The translations under genes and the position numbers were made by a program. DNA of 64,000 nucleotides, taken from contig JASGJH010000001.1 of the NCBI GenBank assembly GCA_047601445.1, forward strand, positions 5,888,001-5,952,000, read 5' to 3'. Below are positions 8,515-20,388 of the stretch, in pieces. Position 1 is the stretch's first letter, and each line of letters begins with the position of its first letter. This DNA comes from Myxococcales bacterium. Lineage in GTDB: Bacteria > Myxococcota_A > Polyangia > Polyangiales > DASUME01. The notes beneath the pieces were generated by a model. The model did no database searches. It saw nothing but the letters and a program-made list of their open reading frames with translations, and was not told where the DNA came from.

Positions 8515-9114
8515 ATGACACCGCTGCTGGTCTTCGACCTGGTCGCGACCCTCGTCTTCGCCCTCGAGGGCGGCCTGGTCGCCCAGCTCGCGAGTCTCGA
8601 CCTGCTCGGCGTCCTGGTGCTCGCCTTCGCAGTCGCCCTCGGTGGCGGCCTGCTGCGCGACCTTTTGATCGGCGCCGTACCGCCCAATGCCCTGTCCGAC
8701 GTCCGCTATCCCTTCGTGGCTTTCGCAGGCGGCGCGCTGGCCCTGTTGGTCGCTCCCATCATGCGCCACATCCCCGAGTGGCTCCTGCTCGGACTCGACG
8801 CGGCGGGGCTCTCCTTGTTCGCCGTCACGGGTGCCCAAAAGGCGCGCGACAAAGGGCTCCCCTTTCTGAGCGCGGTGCTACTGGGCGCGATGACGGGCGC
8901 GGGCGGCGGCACCATTCGCGACATCCTGCTCGCACGCATTCCTCTCTTGCTGCGCGCCGACGTCTACGCGACCGCCGCCATGCTCGGTGCAGCCGTCCAT
9001 TTGATCTGCCTGCGACGCGGATGGAACACGCGCAGCGCCGGAGTGCTCGGTGTCGCAGCTTGCTTCGTGCTGCGCATCGTCAGCATCGCGCGCGGTTGGT
9101 CGCTGCGACTCTGA
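8515..9114 (+). CDS. UPF0126/TRIC (YadS-like) membrane protein
   Basis: Two internal repeats, GGGLLRDLL and GGGTIRDIL, plus LDAAGLSLF; about 7 TM segments. Confidence 0.88.
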   Translation: MTPLLVFDLVATLVFALEGGLVAQLASLDLLGVLVLAFAVALGGGLLRDLLIGAVPPNALSDVRYPFVAFAGGALALLVAPIMRHIPEWLLLGLDAAGLSLFAVTGAQKARDKGLPFLSAVLLGAMTGAGGGTIRDILLARIPLLLRADVYATAAMLGAAVHLICLRRGWNTRSAGVLGVAACFVLRIVSIARGWSLRL

Positions 9115-9120
9115 GTGAGA

Positions 9121-9221
9121 CTCCGAAAAAAATATATCGATCATCGAGATAAACCTCCGAAAATATATCGATTATCGACATATCACCGACAAAACCGTCG
9201 GCTCGCTCGACAAGAACGTCA
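9121..9221. promoter_or_regulatory. AT-rich repeat array, candidate enhancer (UAS) for a sigma54 activator
   Basis: Direct repeats CTCCGAAAA(AAA)TATATCGAT(C/T)ATCGA at 9121 and 9155; palindrome CCGAC-AAAACC-GTCGG 9186-9201; 140-240 bp upstream of the -24/-12 site. Confidence 0.55.
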
Positions 9222-9360
9222 GCCACCACTTGGGCACGAAGGGCGCTGAAAACAGCCAAAACTACCGAAAAATCGCGATTTGTTTCTGACCCGCGTCTCC
9301 GTCGTTGCGACGTCGAACCTGCTCCGAGTCGTCCAGTTGCACATGCTCGATCTGCGCACT

Positions 9361-9376
9361 TGGCAGCGCGCTTGCA
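9361..9376 (+). promoter_or_regulatory. Sigma54 -24/-12 promoter of the ABC transporter operon
   Basis: TGGCAGC-GCGC-TTGCA with exact spacing, about 50 bp upstream of ATG 9428. Confidence 0.75.
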
Positions 9377-9427
9377 ATGCAACCACTCACAAGCAGCCAC
9401 ACGCCACGCCAAGAACCCGGAGTCCCC

Positions 9428-10777
9428 ATGAAGCAAACCCCACCACCTTCCAACGCCCCCAAAGGTCGCGCGCCGCGCAAGCAAGACACTCAGGATGCTC
9501 CACTCGGTCGACGTAAGTTCCTGGTGACCACTGGCCTCGGCGTGGGCGCAGCGTCGGTGTTCTCCGCTTGCTCCAGCGAACCCAAGGAAGCGCCAAAGAG
9601 CGAAGCTGCCAAAGCGGGACCCGCGGCAGGCACGGGGCCCGAGTTGGCGGACTTGCGCTTCGGCATGATCGCGCTCACTGACTGCTCTCCCATCGTGATC
9701 GCCCATGAAAAAGGCTTCTTCAAGAAGCACGGCATCAACAGCACCATCGTGAAGGGCGCGAGCTGGGCGGCCATCCGCGACTCGCTCTCCACCGGCGACA
9801 TCCACGCCACGCACATGTTGCTCGGCATGCCCATCGCTTCGAGCATGGGTCTGCTCGGCTCTCCGAAGAAGCCCATGGTGGTGCCGTGGCTGCTCAACCG
9901 CAACGGACAAGCGATCACGCTCGCCAACTCTCTCAAGGGTAAGGTCTCCTCCGATCCCAAGGCGCTCAAGCCGCTGGTCGACGCCGCCAAGGCCAAGGGC
10001 ACGCCGATGAGTTTCGCGATGACCTTCCCGCCCGGCACGCACGCCATGTGGCTTCGCTACTACCTTGGCGCGGGCGGCATCGATCCCGACAAGGACGTCT
10101 CGCTGATCACCATTCCACCGCCCCAGATGGTCACCAACATGAAGCTGGGCAAGATGGACGGCTTTTGCGTGGGCGAACCGTGGAATGCGCGCGCCATCGC
10201 CGACGGCATCGGCTTCACGGCGATGGCCACCCAGGACATCTGGAAGGATCACCCGGAGAAGGTCTGCGCGTTTACCCAGGAATTCGCGGACAAGAACCCC
10301 AAGACCGTGAAGGCCGTGTTGAAGGCGTTGCACGAGGCCAGTGTCTGGCTCGACGACCTCAACAATCGCCCCGAGCAGGCCAAGATCGTCTCCGCACCGA
10401 CCTACATCAACTGTCCGCCGGAACTCATCCTCGGTCGCTTGCAGGGTCACTATGACTACGGCGACGGCCGCACCAAGGACGACCCGAACTACATGATCTT
10501 CAGCAGCCGCAACTGCAACTATCCGCAGCCCAAGTTCGCGGCCTGGTGGCTCACCCAGTTCCGCCGCTGGGGCATGGTCGACGGCACGCCCGACTACAAG
10601 GGCATCTCCGAGCAGGTCATGCACACCGGCATCTACGAAGAGGCCATGAAGGAGCTCGGGGTCACGCACGGTGGACGCGACGACAGTCCGATCTCCCTGT
10701 TCGACGGCGTGACCTTCGATCCTGCCCGACCCGACGAGTACGCGATGTCTTTCTCGGTCAAGAGCGCGAGGGGCTGA
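9428..10777 (+). CDS. nrtA: NrtA/CmpA/CynA-family ABC substrate-binding protein (Tat lipoprotein)
   Basis: GRRKFL twin-arginine and FSA-C lipobox; GMIALTDCSPIVIA, MTFPPGTH, MDGFCVGEPWN, WKDHPEK. Confidence 0.9.
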   Translation: MKQTPPPSNAPKGRAPRKQDTQDAPLGRRKFLVTTGLGVGAASVFSACSSEPKEAPKSEAAKAGPAAGTGPELADLRFGMIALTDCSPIVIAHEKGFFKKHGINSTIVKGASWAAIRDSLSTGDIHATHMLLGMPIASSMGLLGSPKKPMVVPWLLNRNGQAITLANSLKGKVSSDPKALKPLVDAAKAKGTPMSFAMTFPPGTHAMWLRYYLGAGGIDPDKDVSLITIPPPQMVTNMKLGKMDGFCVGEPWNARAIADGIGFTAMATQDIWKDHPEKVCAFTQEFADKNPKTVKAVLKALHEASVWLDDLNNRPEQAKIVSAPTYINCPPELILGRLQGHYDYGDGRTKDDPNYMIFSSRNCNYPQPKFAAWWLTQFRRWGMVDGTPDYKGISEQVMHTGIYEEAMKELGVTHGGRDDSPISLFDGVTFDPARPDEYAMSFSVKSARG

Positions 10778-10779
10778 TC

Positions 10780-11547
10780 ATGGAAAAGAAGTTCGAAGGC
10801 TATCTGCTGCCCTTCGTGGGCGGCGCGGTGGTTCTGGCGTTGTGGGCGATCAGTAGTGCGAGTTGGGCCGACAGCCTGCCCTCTCCGTATCAGACGTGGG
10901 TGGCCAGCAAGCTGTATCTGCTGAGCCCCTTCGAGAAGCGCGGCGAGCTCGACCAGGGCATCCTGCGCTTCACCTGGTACTCGCTCGTGCGCGTCTCCCA
11001 GGGTTACGCGCTGGCCATCGTGATGGGGGTACCCTTCGGCTTCTTGCTCGGCGTTTCCAAGCGCTTCGCCAAGGCGTTCGATCCGATTGCTCAGATCCTG
11101 CGCCCGGTGTCGCCGCTCGCCTGGCTGCCACTCGGCCTCGTGCTGTTCCAGAAGTCCGAGCCCGCGGCCACGTTCACCATCGCCATGTGCTCGATGTGGC
11201 CCACCGTGCTCAACACCGCGCTCGGCGTGCGCTCGATTCCGCCCGAGTACACCAACGTCGGCCGCGTGCTCGGCCTGTCGCCGCTGCGCCTGTTCTGGAA
11301 GATCCTGCTGCCCGCCACGCTGCCTTATATGTGGACCGGCTTCCGGCTCAGCCTCGGCATCGCCTGGCTGGTGATCGTGGCCGCCGAGATGCTCACGGGC
11401 GCGCCCGGCGTGGGCGGCTTCCTGTGGCAGGAGTACAACGCGCTCATCTACGAGCACATCTTGCTCTGCATCCTCACCATCGGCCTCGTGGGCTTCGCAC
11501 TCGACCGCCTGATGGGCGTGGCCGAGCGCCGCATGGGAGCCGTGTGA
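10780..11547 (+). CDS. nrtB: Nitrate-type ABC permease
   Basis: QILRPVSPLAWLP, WPTVLNTALGV, GIAWLVIVAAEML. Confidence 0.9.
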   Translation: MEKKFEGYLLPFVGGAVVLALWAISSASWADSLPSPYQTWVASKLYLLSPFEKRGELDQGILRFTWYSLVRVSQGYALAIVMGVPFGFLLGVSKRFAKAFDPIAQILRPVSPLAWLPLGLVLFQKSEPAATFTIAMCSMWPTVLNTALGVRSIPPEYTNVGRVLGLSPLRLFWKILLPATLPYMWTGFRLSLGIAWLVIVAAEMLTGAPGVGGFLWQEYNALIYEHILLCILTIGLVGFALDRLMGVAERRMGAV

Positions 11548-12368
11548 TGGCCAAGCTCGAACTCAAGAACGTGAGCAAGGGATTCGGCGTGGACGGGTCG
11601 CGGCGCGAGGTGCTCTCGGGCATCGATCTCACCATCGAGGACGGCGAGTTCGTGGCCATCGTGGGCTTCTCGGGCGTCGGCAAGACCACGTTGATTTCGC
11701 TGCTCGCAGGGCTCTTGATGCCCGATTCTGGCAGCCTGACGCAGGATGGCGCGCCGATTCGTGGTCCCGGTCGGGAGCGCGGCGTGGTGTTCCAGAGCTA
11801 TGCCTTGTTGCCCTGGCTGAGTGCCTTCGAGAACGTGCTCCTGGCCGTCGACAGCGCCTTCGGGGATCTCCCGCAGGAGAAGCGGATCGCGCGCGCCGAG
11901 GAGTGCCTGGCGCTGGTGAACCTGGCGGCGGCCCGCAACAAGCGCATCCGCGAGCTCTCGGGCGGCATGCGTCAGCGTGTGTCCATCGCGCGCGCCCTGG
12001 CCCTCGGGCCCGAAGTGCTCTTGCTCGACGAGCCCCTGGGCGCGCTCGACGCGCTCACGCGCTCCACCTTGCAGCGCGAGCTCGAGACGCTGCTGATGCG
12101 CGAGAAGAAGACCATGGTGATGATCACCAATGACGTCGAAGAGGCCGTGCTGCTCGCGGATCGCGTGATCCCCTTGAGCATGGGGCCGAAGGCGAAGTTG
12201 GGTCCGGCGTTCCGAGTCGACCTGCCGCGGCCGCGCGACAAGAAGCTGCTTCAGAGTGACCCCACCGCCAAGCGCGTGCGTATCGAGGTCACCGACTACC
12301 TGGTGAGCGAGATGCGCACCAAGGGCAAGATCAAGCGCGCGCCCTCGTCGACGGAGCTCGGGACATGA
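11547..12368 (+). CDS. nrtC: Nitrate-type ABC ATPase (H-loop His replaced by Asn)
   Basis: [31 protein letters not shown] coupling. Lacks the cyanobacterial NrtC C-terminal regulatory domain. Confidence 0.85.
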   Translation: MAKLELKNVSKGFGVDGSRREVLSGIDLTIEDGEFVAIVGFSGVGKTTLISLLAGLLMPDSGSLTQDGAPIRGPGRERGVVFQSYALLPWLSAFENVLLAVDSAFGDLPQEKRIARAEECLALVNLAAARNKRIRELSGGMRQRVSIARALALGPEVLLLDEPLGALDALTRSTLQRELETLLMREKKTMVMITNDVEEAVLLADRVIPLSMGPKAKLGPAFRVDLPRPRDKKLLQSDPTAKRVRIEVTDYLVSEMRTKGKIKRAPSSTELGT

Positions 12369-13213
12369 ACAAGTTTTTGGAGATGTTCGAGCTCAAGAAG
12401 AGCTTTCCCAAGGACGGCGGGGAGGTCGTCATCGTGCAGGACTTCAGCCTGAACTTGCAGGAGGGAGAGTTCGTTTCGCTGATCGGTCACTCGGGCTGCG
12501 GCAAGTCCACCGTGCTGAACATGGTGGCGGGCCTGATCCCGATCGACCTTGGGGGCGTGGTGCTCGGCGGACGCGAGATCGCCGGACCCGGACCCGACCG
12601 AGGCATGGTGTTCCAGTCGCCCTGTCTGCTGCCCTGGCTCACGGTGCAAGGCAACGTGGAGCTCGCCATCGACTGCGTGCGGCCCGAGCTCAAGCGCCCG
12701 GAGAAGCAGAAGCTCGCGGCGCACTATCTGGAGATGGTCGGGCTCGAAGACTGTCTCGATCGCAGGCCGCGCGAGCTCTCGCAGGGCATGTGTCAGCGCG
12801 TGGGCATCGCGCGTGCGCTGGCCCTGGATCCCAAGATCCTGCTGCTGGACGAGCCCTTCGGCATGCTCGACTCGCTCACGCGAATGGAGCTGCAGGAGGT
12901 CCTCTCGGACATCTGCGCCAAGACGCGCAAGACCACGTTGATGGTGACCCACGACGTCGACGAGAGCGTGTATCTCTCGGACCGGGTCGCGATGATGACC
13001 ACCGGCCCCAACGCCACGCTCGGGGAGGTGGTGGACATCCCGTTCGCGCGCCCACGCGACAGGCACACGGTGCTGGAAGACAGCGCCTTCGATCGGCTGC
13101 GCACGCGCATCCTCACGTTCCTCGAGCAGCAAGCTCATCAGCCTAGCCCGGGCGCAGGCCCGTCGCTGGCGCCTGCCACCAACCTACTCGGCACTGCACA
13201 TCAAGCTTTGTAG
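12365..13213 (+). CDS. nrtD: Nitrate-type ABC ATPase
   Basis: [32 protein letters not shown] overlap. Confidence 0.87.
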   Translation: MNKFLEMFELKKSFPKDGGEVVIVQDFSLNLQEGEFVSLIGHSGCGKSTVLNMVAGLIPIDLGGVVLGGREIAGPGPDRGMVFQSPCLLPWLTVQGNVELAIDCVRPELKRPEKQKLAAHYLEMVGLEDCLDRRPRELSQGMCQRVGIARALALDPKILLLDEPFGMLDSLTRMELQEVLSDICAKTRKTTLMVTHDVDESVYLSDRVAMMTTGPNATLGEVVDIPFARPRDRHTVLEDSAFDRLRTRILTFLEQQAHQPSPGAGPSLAPATNLLGTAHQAL

Positions 13214-13369
13214 ACCTTACTGTCTGACGATTTTCGAGCAGACTCGCTCTGCTCATGCACCACGATTTTTCGCGGGTGGCAGCACCCGTGTGGCCTGCGC
13301 ACGCGGGCATGGTCGCTTCGCGTTGACACTTACCCCCCGAACCCCCCAGCGTAATTGAAGAGGAACTCG

Positions 13370-14362
13370 ATGTACCGCCATTGTCTTTCGAAGCTCACTC
13401 AAACCGCTCTCGTGCTTTCGCTGTGTAGCTTGGGCGTCCGCTCGAGCGTGCAGGCACAGGACACCGCGGTGGCCACGCCGACCGCCGAGGCGACCACCAC
13501 GGCCACGCCAACCACCGTGGAGACCACCGTCGCTCCCGCGCCGGAAGCCCCCAAGCCGAAGCCCAAGTACTCCTTGCCCTGGGCGCTCAGGCCCGCGATT
13601 GCGCCCAACGTGTTGCGCAGCGACAGCAGCTACATGACGAGTGATCCGACGAAGGCCTTCGTGTCCACCATCCTCGGTGGCGCCAAGTTCCTCCCCAACC
13701 TCGGTGCCTACGGCAAGCTCGCCATCACGCACAACAACCCCGAGAAGGGCCCCAGCGCCAACGCGGTGAGCAACCCGCTGTTCTTCCTGCTCTACACGCC
13801 CGAGGTCTCGAAGGGTATGCGCTTGCCCGTGATGCTGGGCTTCACGTTGCCTGTGGGCGGCGGCGGCGGCGACGACCCCGACCTTCCCCACAAGGCCGCA
13901 CAGGGTGCTGCCATTCCCACGCGCTCTGCGATGGAGAACGCGCTCTACGCCGTGAACTTCTTCACGGTCACCGAGGGCATCGGCTACGCCTGGATCAAGG
14001 ACCGCCTGACCCTGCAGGTGGAAGCCACGCTGTTCGAGCTGTTCCGCGCCCGCGGCGACAAGGTGGAGAAGGATAGCTTCCGCCTGAACTCCACCTTCGG
14101 AGCCCATGCTGGCTATGCCATCCTCGACATGCTCACGCTGAGCGCCGAGATTCGCTATCAGCGCTGGCTCACCGACGCGGCGCCCGTGAAGATGGCCGCC
14201 GTCAACCGCGACACCCTCACGGTGGGCGGCGGCGCGCGCCTCAACCTGCCCGTGGGCAAGGTCACGCTGCGCCCAGGCTTTGCCTACTTCGCACCCCTCG
14301 ATGACCCGATGAAGAAGAACAGCGCGCACATCTTCACCTTCGACGTGCCCGTCCTGTTCTGA
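13370..14362 (+). CDS. Putative outer-membrane beta-barrel/porin
   Basis: Signal peptide ending SVQA, Thr/Pro-rich linker, amphipathic strands, terminal FTFDVPVLF. Confidence 0.65.
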   Translation: MYRHCLSKLTQTALVLSLCSLGVRSSVQAQDTAVATPTAEATTTATPTTVETTVAPAPEAPKPKPKYSLPWALRPAIAPNVLRSDSSYMTSDPTKAFVSTILGGAKFLPNLGAYGKLAITHNNPEKGPSANAVSNPLFFLLYTPEVSKGMRLPVMLGFTLPVGGGGGDDPDLPHKAAQGAAIPTRSAMENALYAVNFFTVTEGIGYAWIKDRLTLQVEATLFELFRARGDKVEKDSFRLNSTFGAHAGYAILDMLTLSAEIRYQRWLTDAAPVKMAAVNRDTLTVGGGARLNLPVGKVTLRPGFAYFAPLDDPMKKNSAHIFTFDVPVLF

Positions 14363-14435
14363 GCCTGTCTTTTTCGAGGGAACGATGCTTCGCACAGCCT
14401 CGACGCCGCGAGAGCGTTGGACTATCACCGAACCC

Positions 14436-15368
14436 ATGACCGAGAAGCTGCCGTCGTTCGTGCGCGCGGTCGAAGTCTGGATCCCCGACGGAGACTTGCT
14501 GCAGTTGCGGTCGGGTGCCTACGGGCACCTGGCCCAGTTCGAGCAAGCCAGCGTCGAGCTCGTGCTGCGCAAGGGCCAGGGCTTGCCCGGAGCAGCCTGG
14601 GAGAGCGGACGCGCCGAGGTGTGGCAGCAGCTCGGGCCGCCCTTCGTGCGCACCGAGCCGGCGCGGGAGGCTGGCCTCGAGGCGGCGGTGGCCTTGCCCA
14701 TCTACCGCGGTCACGAAATGGCCGCAGTGGTGGTGTTTTTCTGCGGCGCGCGCGCGCAGACCGGCGGTTGCATCGAGGTGTGGGAACCCGATGACGAGGG
14801 CGAGCTTGCCCACATCGATGGTTACTACGGCGGACTGCGCCTTTTCGAGGAGCAGAGCCGTCACCTCAAGTTCAAGCGTGGACAAGGCCTGCCGGGCGCC
14901 GTGATGCAGCGGGGCTCTCCGTGCATCGTCGACGACCTGCGCAACTCCGAGACCTTCGTGCGCGCCCACGCGGCGCGCGAGAGCGGCGTGGAGTCGGGCC
15001 TCGGCATCCCGTTGTTCTGTGGTTCGGAGCTGGCGCAGGTGGTGTTGTTCCTGTCGGCCGAGTCCACTCCGCTGGCGCGCGCGTTCGAGGTCTGGTTACC
15101 CACCTCCAACGGCCAACTCGAGTGCTCGCAGGCCTATTACAGCGCGGGACTGGGCAACTTCGGTCGCGGCGCCTGCGAGCCCGTGGGATCCGGCCAAGAC
15201 CTGGCAGGCAAGGTGTACGAGAGCGGCTTGCCGATGGCGCTCGATCCCTCACGGTCGCCGAGCTTCCTGCGGCGTGGCGAAGCATCCGCGGCGGGGCTCG
15301 ATCTCGGGATTGGTCTACCCATTCACGACGGCGAGCGCGTACGCGCGGTGGTGCTGCTGTTCGTGTGA
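14436..15368 (+). CDS. Stand-alone protein of three tandem GAF-like repeats
   Basis: Three units of about 100 aa: EVW.P...G(A/Y)YG...GQGLPG...G.P...G(L/I)P(I/L)...VV(L/V).F. No output domain. Confidence 0.8.
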   Translation: MTEKLPSFVRAVEVWIPDGDLLQLRSGAYGHLAQFEQASVELVLRKGQGLPGAAWESGRAEVWQQLGPPFVRTEPAREAGLEAAVALPIYRGHEMAAVVVFFCGARAQTGGCIEVWEPDDEGELAHIDGYYGGLRLFEEQSRHLKFKRGQGLPGAVMQRGSPCIVDDLRNSETFVRAHAARESGVESGLGIPLFCGSELAQVVLFLSAESTPLARAFEVWLPTSNGQLECSQAYYSAGLGNFGRGACEPVGSGQDLAGKVYESGLPMALDPSRSPSFLRRGEASAAGLDLGIGLPIHDGERVRAVVLLFV

Positions 15369-15379
15369 TGGGGAGGCGC

Positions 15380-16942
<1,563 letters not shown>

Positions 16943-17202
16943 ATGCAACGACGGTGAAGCCCGTGGCCAGCACACGCCGTGATCCATGGTTAGCAGCTTC
17001 GTGTTTCTGCGCTGTATCTTCGGTGAAAGCAGATTGGATATACGTACGTGAGGTCGGCGCCCTACGAGCTAGCCCGTACACGCCAGTGAAGTGGCTCGCT
17101 CATTGCGCCGCGCACGAGGGGCCTTCCGCGCTTCGGGTTACAAGGAACGGGGTGATGCTTGGCGCCACGCGCGGAGTTTCTCCTACACTGGCCGGCGCCA
17201 GC

Positions 17203-20200
17203 ATGGGTCGCTTTTCCCCTCTCGCCATCCTCTTTCTCGGTCTGCTCCTCGTCTGCTTCGGGTGCCCTGGTTCGGATGCTACGTCACCCCAACTCGTGGT
17301 GGTGGTGGCAGCCGATCCGGTGCTTGCGCCTCAGATCGCAACCCTGGAGCTGGACACCAGCATGGGTCACCTCACGCTGACCGTGGGCGATCCTCGCGGC
17401 GAGCGCTTGCCGCTCTCGGTCGCGGTGCAGGGCAAGCCTGGCGCGGCCAGGTTGATCTCCGTCGTCGCCAAGTCCAGCAACGGGATTGTGGTGGCCCAGC
17501 GGGTGGCTCGCGTGCCCATCTTGAAAGGGCAACGCTCGGCTTATCTGGTGTACCTGACGGCCACCTGCGACTCCTGCGCGGATCAACCTGGCTTCATTTG
17601 CGGCAACTGCGGGACCTGCGAGCCGAGCGACGTGCAGCCGAGTCAGCTGGTGCCGCTGGCGGACGACGACGACGGTACGGACCTGGCCAAGCAGCCGCCG
17701 GTGTGCGGTGGCGATATCCCGATGGGCGATGGGGACGGAGATGGCGATGGCGGGGAGCACGCCGCGATGGACGGCTCCGTGTCCACGGGGGGCAGCGACG
17801 ATGCTGGCGCGGACGCCAGCGGCGGGGGCGGGGGCGACGGAGATGCCGAGATCCCGGTGATCCCGCTCTCCGATGCCAGCGTGGACGCCCTGACGGTGGT
17901 GGTCCCGGGCGCGGTGGGCGCTCCCAAGGACCAGCTGGTGAGCGCGCGTTTCCAGGTGCGGCTGCCGGCCGATACAGCCTTTCCCGTGAGCCTCGCCGTG
18001 AGCTCCGACGCGGGTCAGGTCCTGGCGGCTGACTGCAGCTCGGCCGCGCCCACCAGCATGGAGCAGCGCGAGATCAACCTGTGTCTCAAGCACACGCGGC
18101 CCACAGCCACTCGTACCCTGGCCATCAAGATCACGGCGAGCGCCGCCGGAGAGGAAGCCTCGGCCACGGTCGAATGGCGCATGCCCGCAACCCAGATTGC
18201 GGGAGGCTACGGGACCACCTGCGCGATCCTCGAGGACACCAGCCTCTACTGCTGGGGCGATCCGAGCCAGCTCGCCGTCGCCAACCCCAACGTCCCCGGC
18301 TTCAACCTGCAGATCACGCCCTTTCGTGCGGCCAGTGCGCCGGCGTTCAAGCACATCGAGCTCGGTAATATCTTCGGCTGTGGGCTCACTGCGGCGGGCC
18401 GCGTGCACTGCTGGGGCAACAACTCGCACGGCGAACTGGGTAGAACCTCTTCCAGCAGCAGCGCGATGGACTTCGCTCCGCTCGCCAACCCGAGTCAGGG
18501 CGGCGTGGACCTTTCGACCGGCGTGGACACCGTCTCCGCGGGCTTCGAGCACGCCTGCGCCGTCAAAGACGGTCGCCTGTACTGCTGGGGCAACTCTCGC
18601 GACATCTTGCTAGGCAGCAGCAAGGGCTACGTGGTGATTCCGGTCTCGGTGCCGATGCCCGGTGAGCCGGCCAGTTACACGCTCGACGTGGCGCCCAGCG
18701 TCTCCCACACCTGCGCGCTCGTGGGGGCCAACGCCGCGGCCACTGCGGGCAAGGTGTACTGCTGGGGCGATCGTCACGACGGGCACATGGGTGATGGCAT
18801 CAATCACGGGGACGCTTCGGCGACACCCGTGCAGGCGCCGCTGATCGATGGGGAGACGGAGCTGCTCGCGACGCGCCTGCAGGCGTTTGGCGATCAGACC
18901 TGCGCTGAGTCCGAGGGGAAGCTCTTCTGCTGGGGGAACAACGATGGTGCGCGCACGGGCACCGGTCTCGACTCGCCCGTGCTCACGCCGGCCGTGGTGC
19001 CGCTGCGCGGGACCCTGGTGGATTGGCAGCTCGGAGGACCTGGGGGCTGTGCCATCGTGGAGGAGGCGCTCGAAGGTGGGTCCGCGCGGCGCCTGTATTG
19101 CTGGGGCAGCACGGACAACGGTGAGTTCGCCAGTGCTTCCCGTCTGGGCGCCGTGACGCCGGTGCTGATCGACGCCGCGCCGCCGCAGCCCGAGGGGCTG
19201 GGGCTGGGGTTCCAGACCGTTTGCGTGCTGTCCGGGGGGGTGCCCTGGTGCTGGGGCAACAACGATTCAGCTCAGCTAGGCACGCGTCCTCTGCTCGACG
19301 CGAGCTATCAGCCGCACCTTGCCACGCGCCTTACCGCCATCGCAGGCGACTCGGTGAAGGAGATCGCCATGCCGCGCACGCTCTGGGGCACAGTCTGCAT
19401 GCGCAGCGACACCAAAGTGTGGTGTTGGGGCATCGGCGGCTACGGATCGCTCGGCTATCTCGACAAGAGCCGGCAAGCCACCCCCGTGCAGGTGCAGGGC
19501 CTGCCCGATGGCACGGTGAAGCAGGTCGTCTCGCAGGGAAAGTTCGGCTGCGCCATCGTGAATGACGAGGTCTATTGCTGGGGCATGACGCAGTTTGCCC
19601 AGCTCGGCAGCGAGGCGGTGCACATCGGTCGCCCGAACCCCGAGAAAGCGCCGCGCGAACTCGGCACGGACTACAAGGGGCGACTGTGCGGACTCTTCGG
19701 AGATGCCCCGCACGCCGAGGTCTATTGCTGGACGGACGTTGTCCAGGGGCCCATCGCGTTCGGCAGCGGCAACATCACGACCATTAGCGTCAGCGACGAC
19801 GGGCTCTGCGCAAACGTCGACGGTGGCGTGCAGTGTGCGGGAGTCAACTATCGACTCCAGCTCGGCAACGCGAGCGTGCTGGAGGACGAAGCGCCAGCCC
19901 AGCCGGTGGACGTGGATCTCGAGCTCGCGGCCGGAGAGAAAGTCATCGGCCTGGCGTCGCGTACCTATCGCTCCTGCGCCGTGACCAACTTCGGTGACCT
20001 GTGGTGTTGGGGCGACAGGGTCACGCCCGCGGCCGTGCAAGTGCACTCCGCGACCGACAAGGCCGTGGAGCTGCGCGGCGGCGCCGACAACCTTTGCTAC
20101 ATGCGTGAGAAGAGCGGTCAGCGCGCGGAGCTGTGGTGCGAGGGTTCCAACAGCCAGCATCAGCTCACGTCCCAGACCACCACCACGGCGCTCACCTTCT

Positions 20201-20388
20201 GGCGCATGGCCGAGCTGGTGGCGCCGCTAGGGCTCTTCGAGTCCGCCGGGCCCTACAACATGGCGACCATCTGCGCAAAAGACGCCGAGGGTCTCAAGTG
20301 TTGGGGCAACAATCAGAATCGCCAGCGCGGCGAAGGCCCAGACTTCTACGAGACCACGCCGCTCCCCGTGATGGCTTGGAGCAACTAG
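17203..20388 (+). CDS. Large surface lipoprotein with RCC1/BLIP-II beta-propeller repeats
   Basis: Signal with Cys (LLVCFGC), acidic GD linker, many (H/T)C..GxxYCWGxNxxGxLG repeats. Confidence 0.85.
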   Translation: MGRFSPLAILFLGLLLVCFGCPGSDATSPQLVVVVAADPVLAPQIATLELDTSMGHLTLTVGDPRGERLPLSVAVQGKPGAARLISVVAKSSNGIVVAQRVARVPILKGQRSAYLVYLTATCDSCADQPGFICGNCGTCEPSDVQPSQLVPLADDDDGTDLAKQPPVCGGDIPMGDGDGDGDGGEHAAMDGSVSTGGSDDAGADASGGGGGDGDAEIPVIPLSDASVDALTVVVPGAVGAPKDQLVSARFQVRLPADTAFPVSLAVSSDAGQVLAADCSSAAPTSMEQREINLCLKHTRPTATRTLAIKITASAAGEEASATVEWRMPATQIAGGYGTTCAILEDTSLYCWGDPSQLAVANPNVPGFNLQITPFRAASAPAFKHIELGNIFGCGLTAAGRVHCWGNNSHGELGRTSSSSSAMDFAPLANPSQGGVDLSTGVDTVSAGFEHACAVKDGRLYCWGNSRDILLGSSKGYVVIPVSVPMPGEPASYTLDVAPSVSHTCALVGANAAATAGKVYCWGDRHDGHMGDGINHGDASATPVQAPLIDGETELLATRLQAFGDQTCAESEGKLFCWGNNDGARTGTGLDSPVLTPAVVPLRGTLVDWQLGGPGGCAIVEEALEGGSARRLYCWGSTDNGEFASASRLGAVTPVLIDAAPPQPEGLGLGFQTVCVLSGGVPWCWGNNDSAQLGTRPLLDASYQPHLATRLTAIAGDSVKEIAMPRTLWGTVCMRSDTKVWCWGIGGYGSLGYLDKSRQATPVQVQGLPDGTVKQVVSQGKFGCAIVNDEVYCWGMTQFAQLGSEAVHIGRPNPEKAPRELGTDYKGRLCGLFGDAPHAEVYCWTDVVQGPIAFGSGNITTISVSDDGLCANVDGGVQCAGVNYRLQLGNASVLEDEAPAQPVDVDLELAAGEKVIGLASRTYRSCAVTNFGDLWCWGDRVTPAAVQVHSATDKAVELRGGADNLCYMREKSGQRAELWCEGSNSQHQLTSQTTTTALTFWRMAELVAPLGLFESAGPYNMATICAKDAEGLKCWGNNQNRQRGEGPDFYETTPLPVMAWSN

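Noticed and set aside
9121..9180. Direct repeats as CRISPR or iterons
   Set aside because: Only two copies with a gap of about 7 bp and no rep or cas gene; their position fits an enhancer better.
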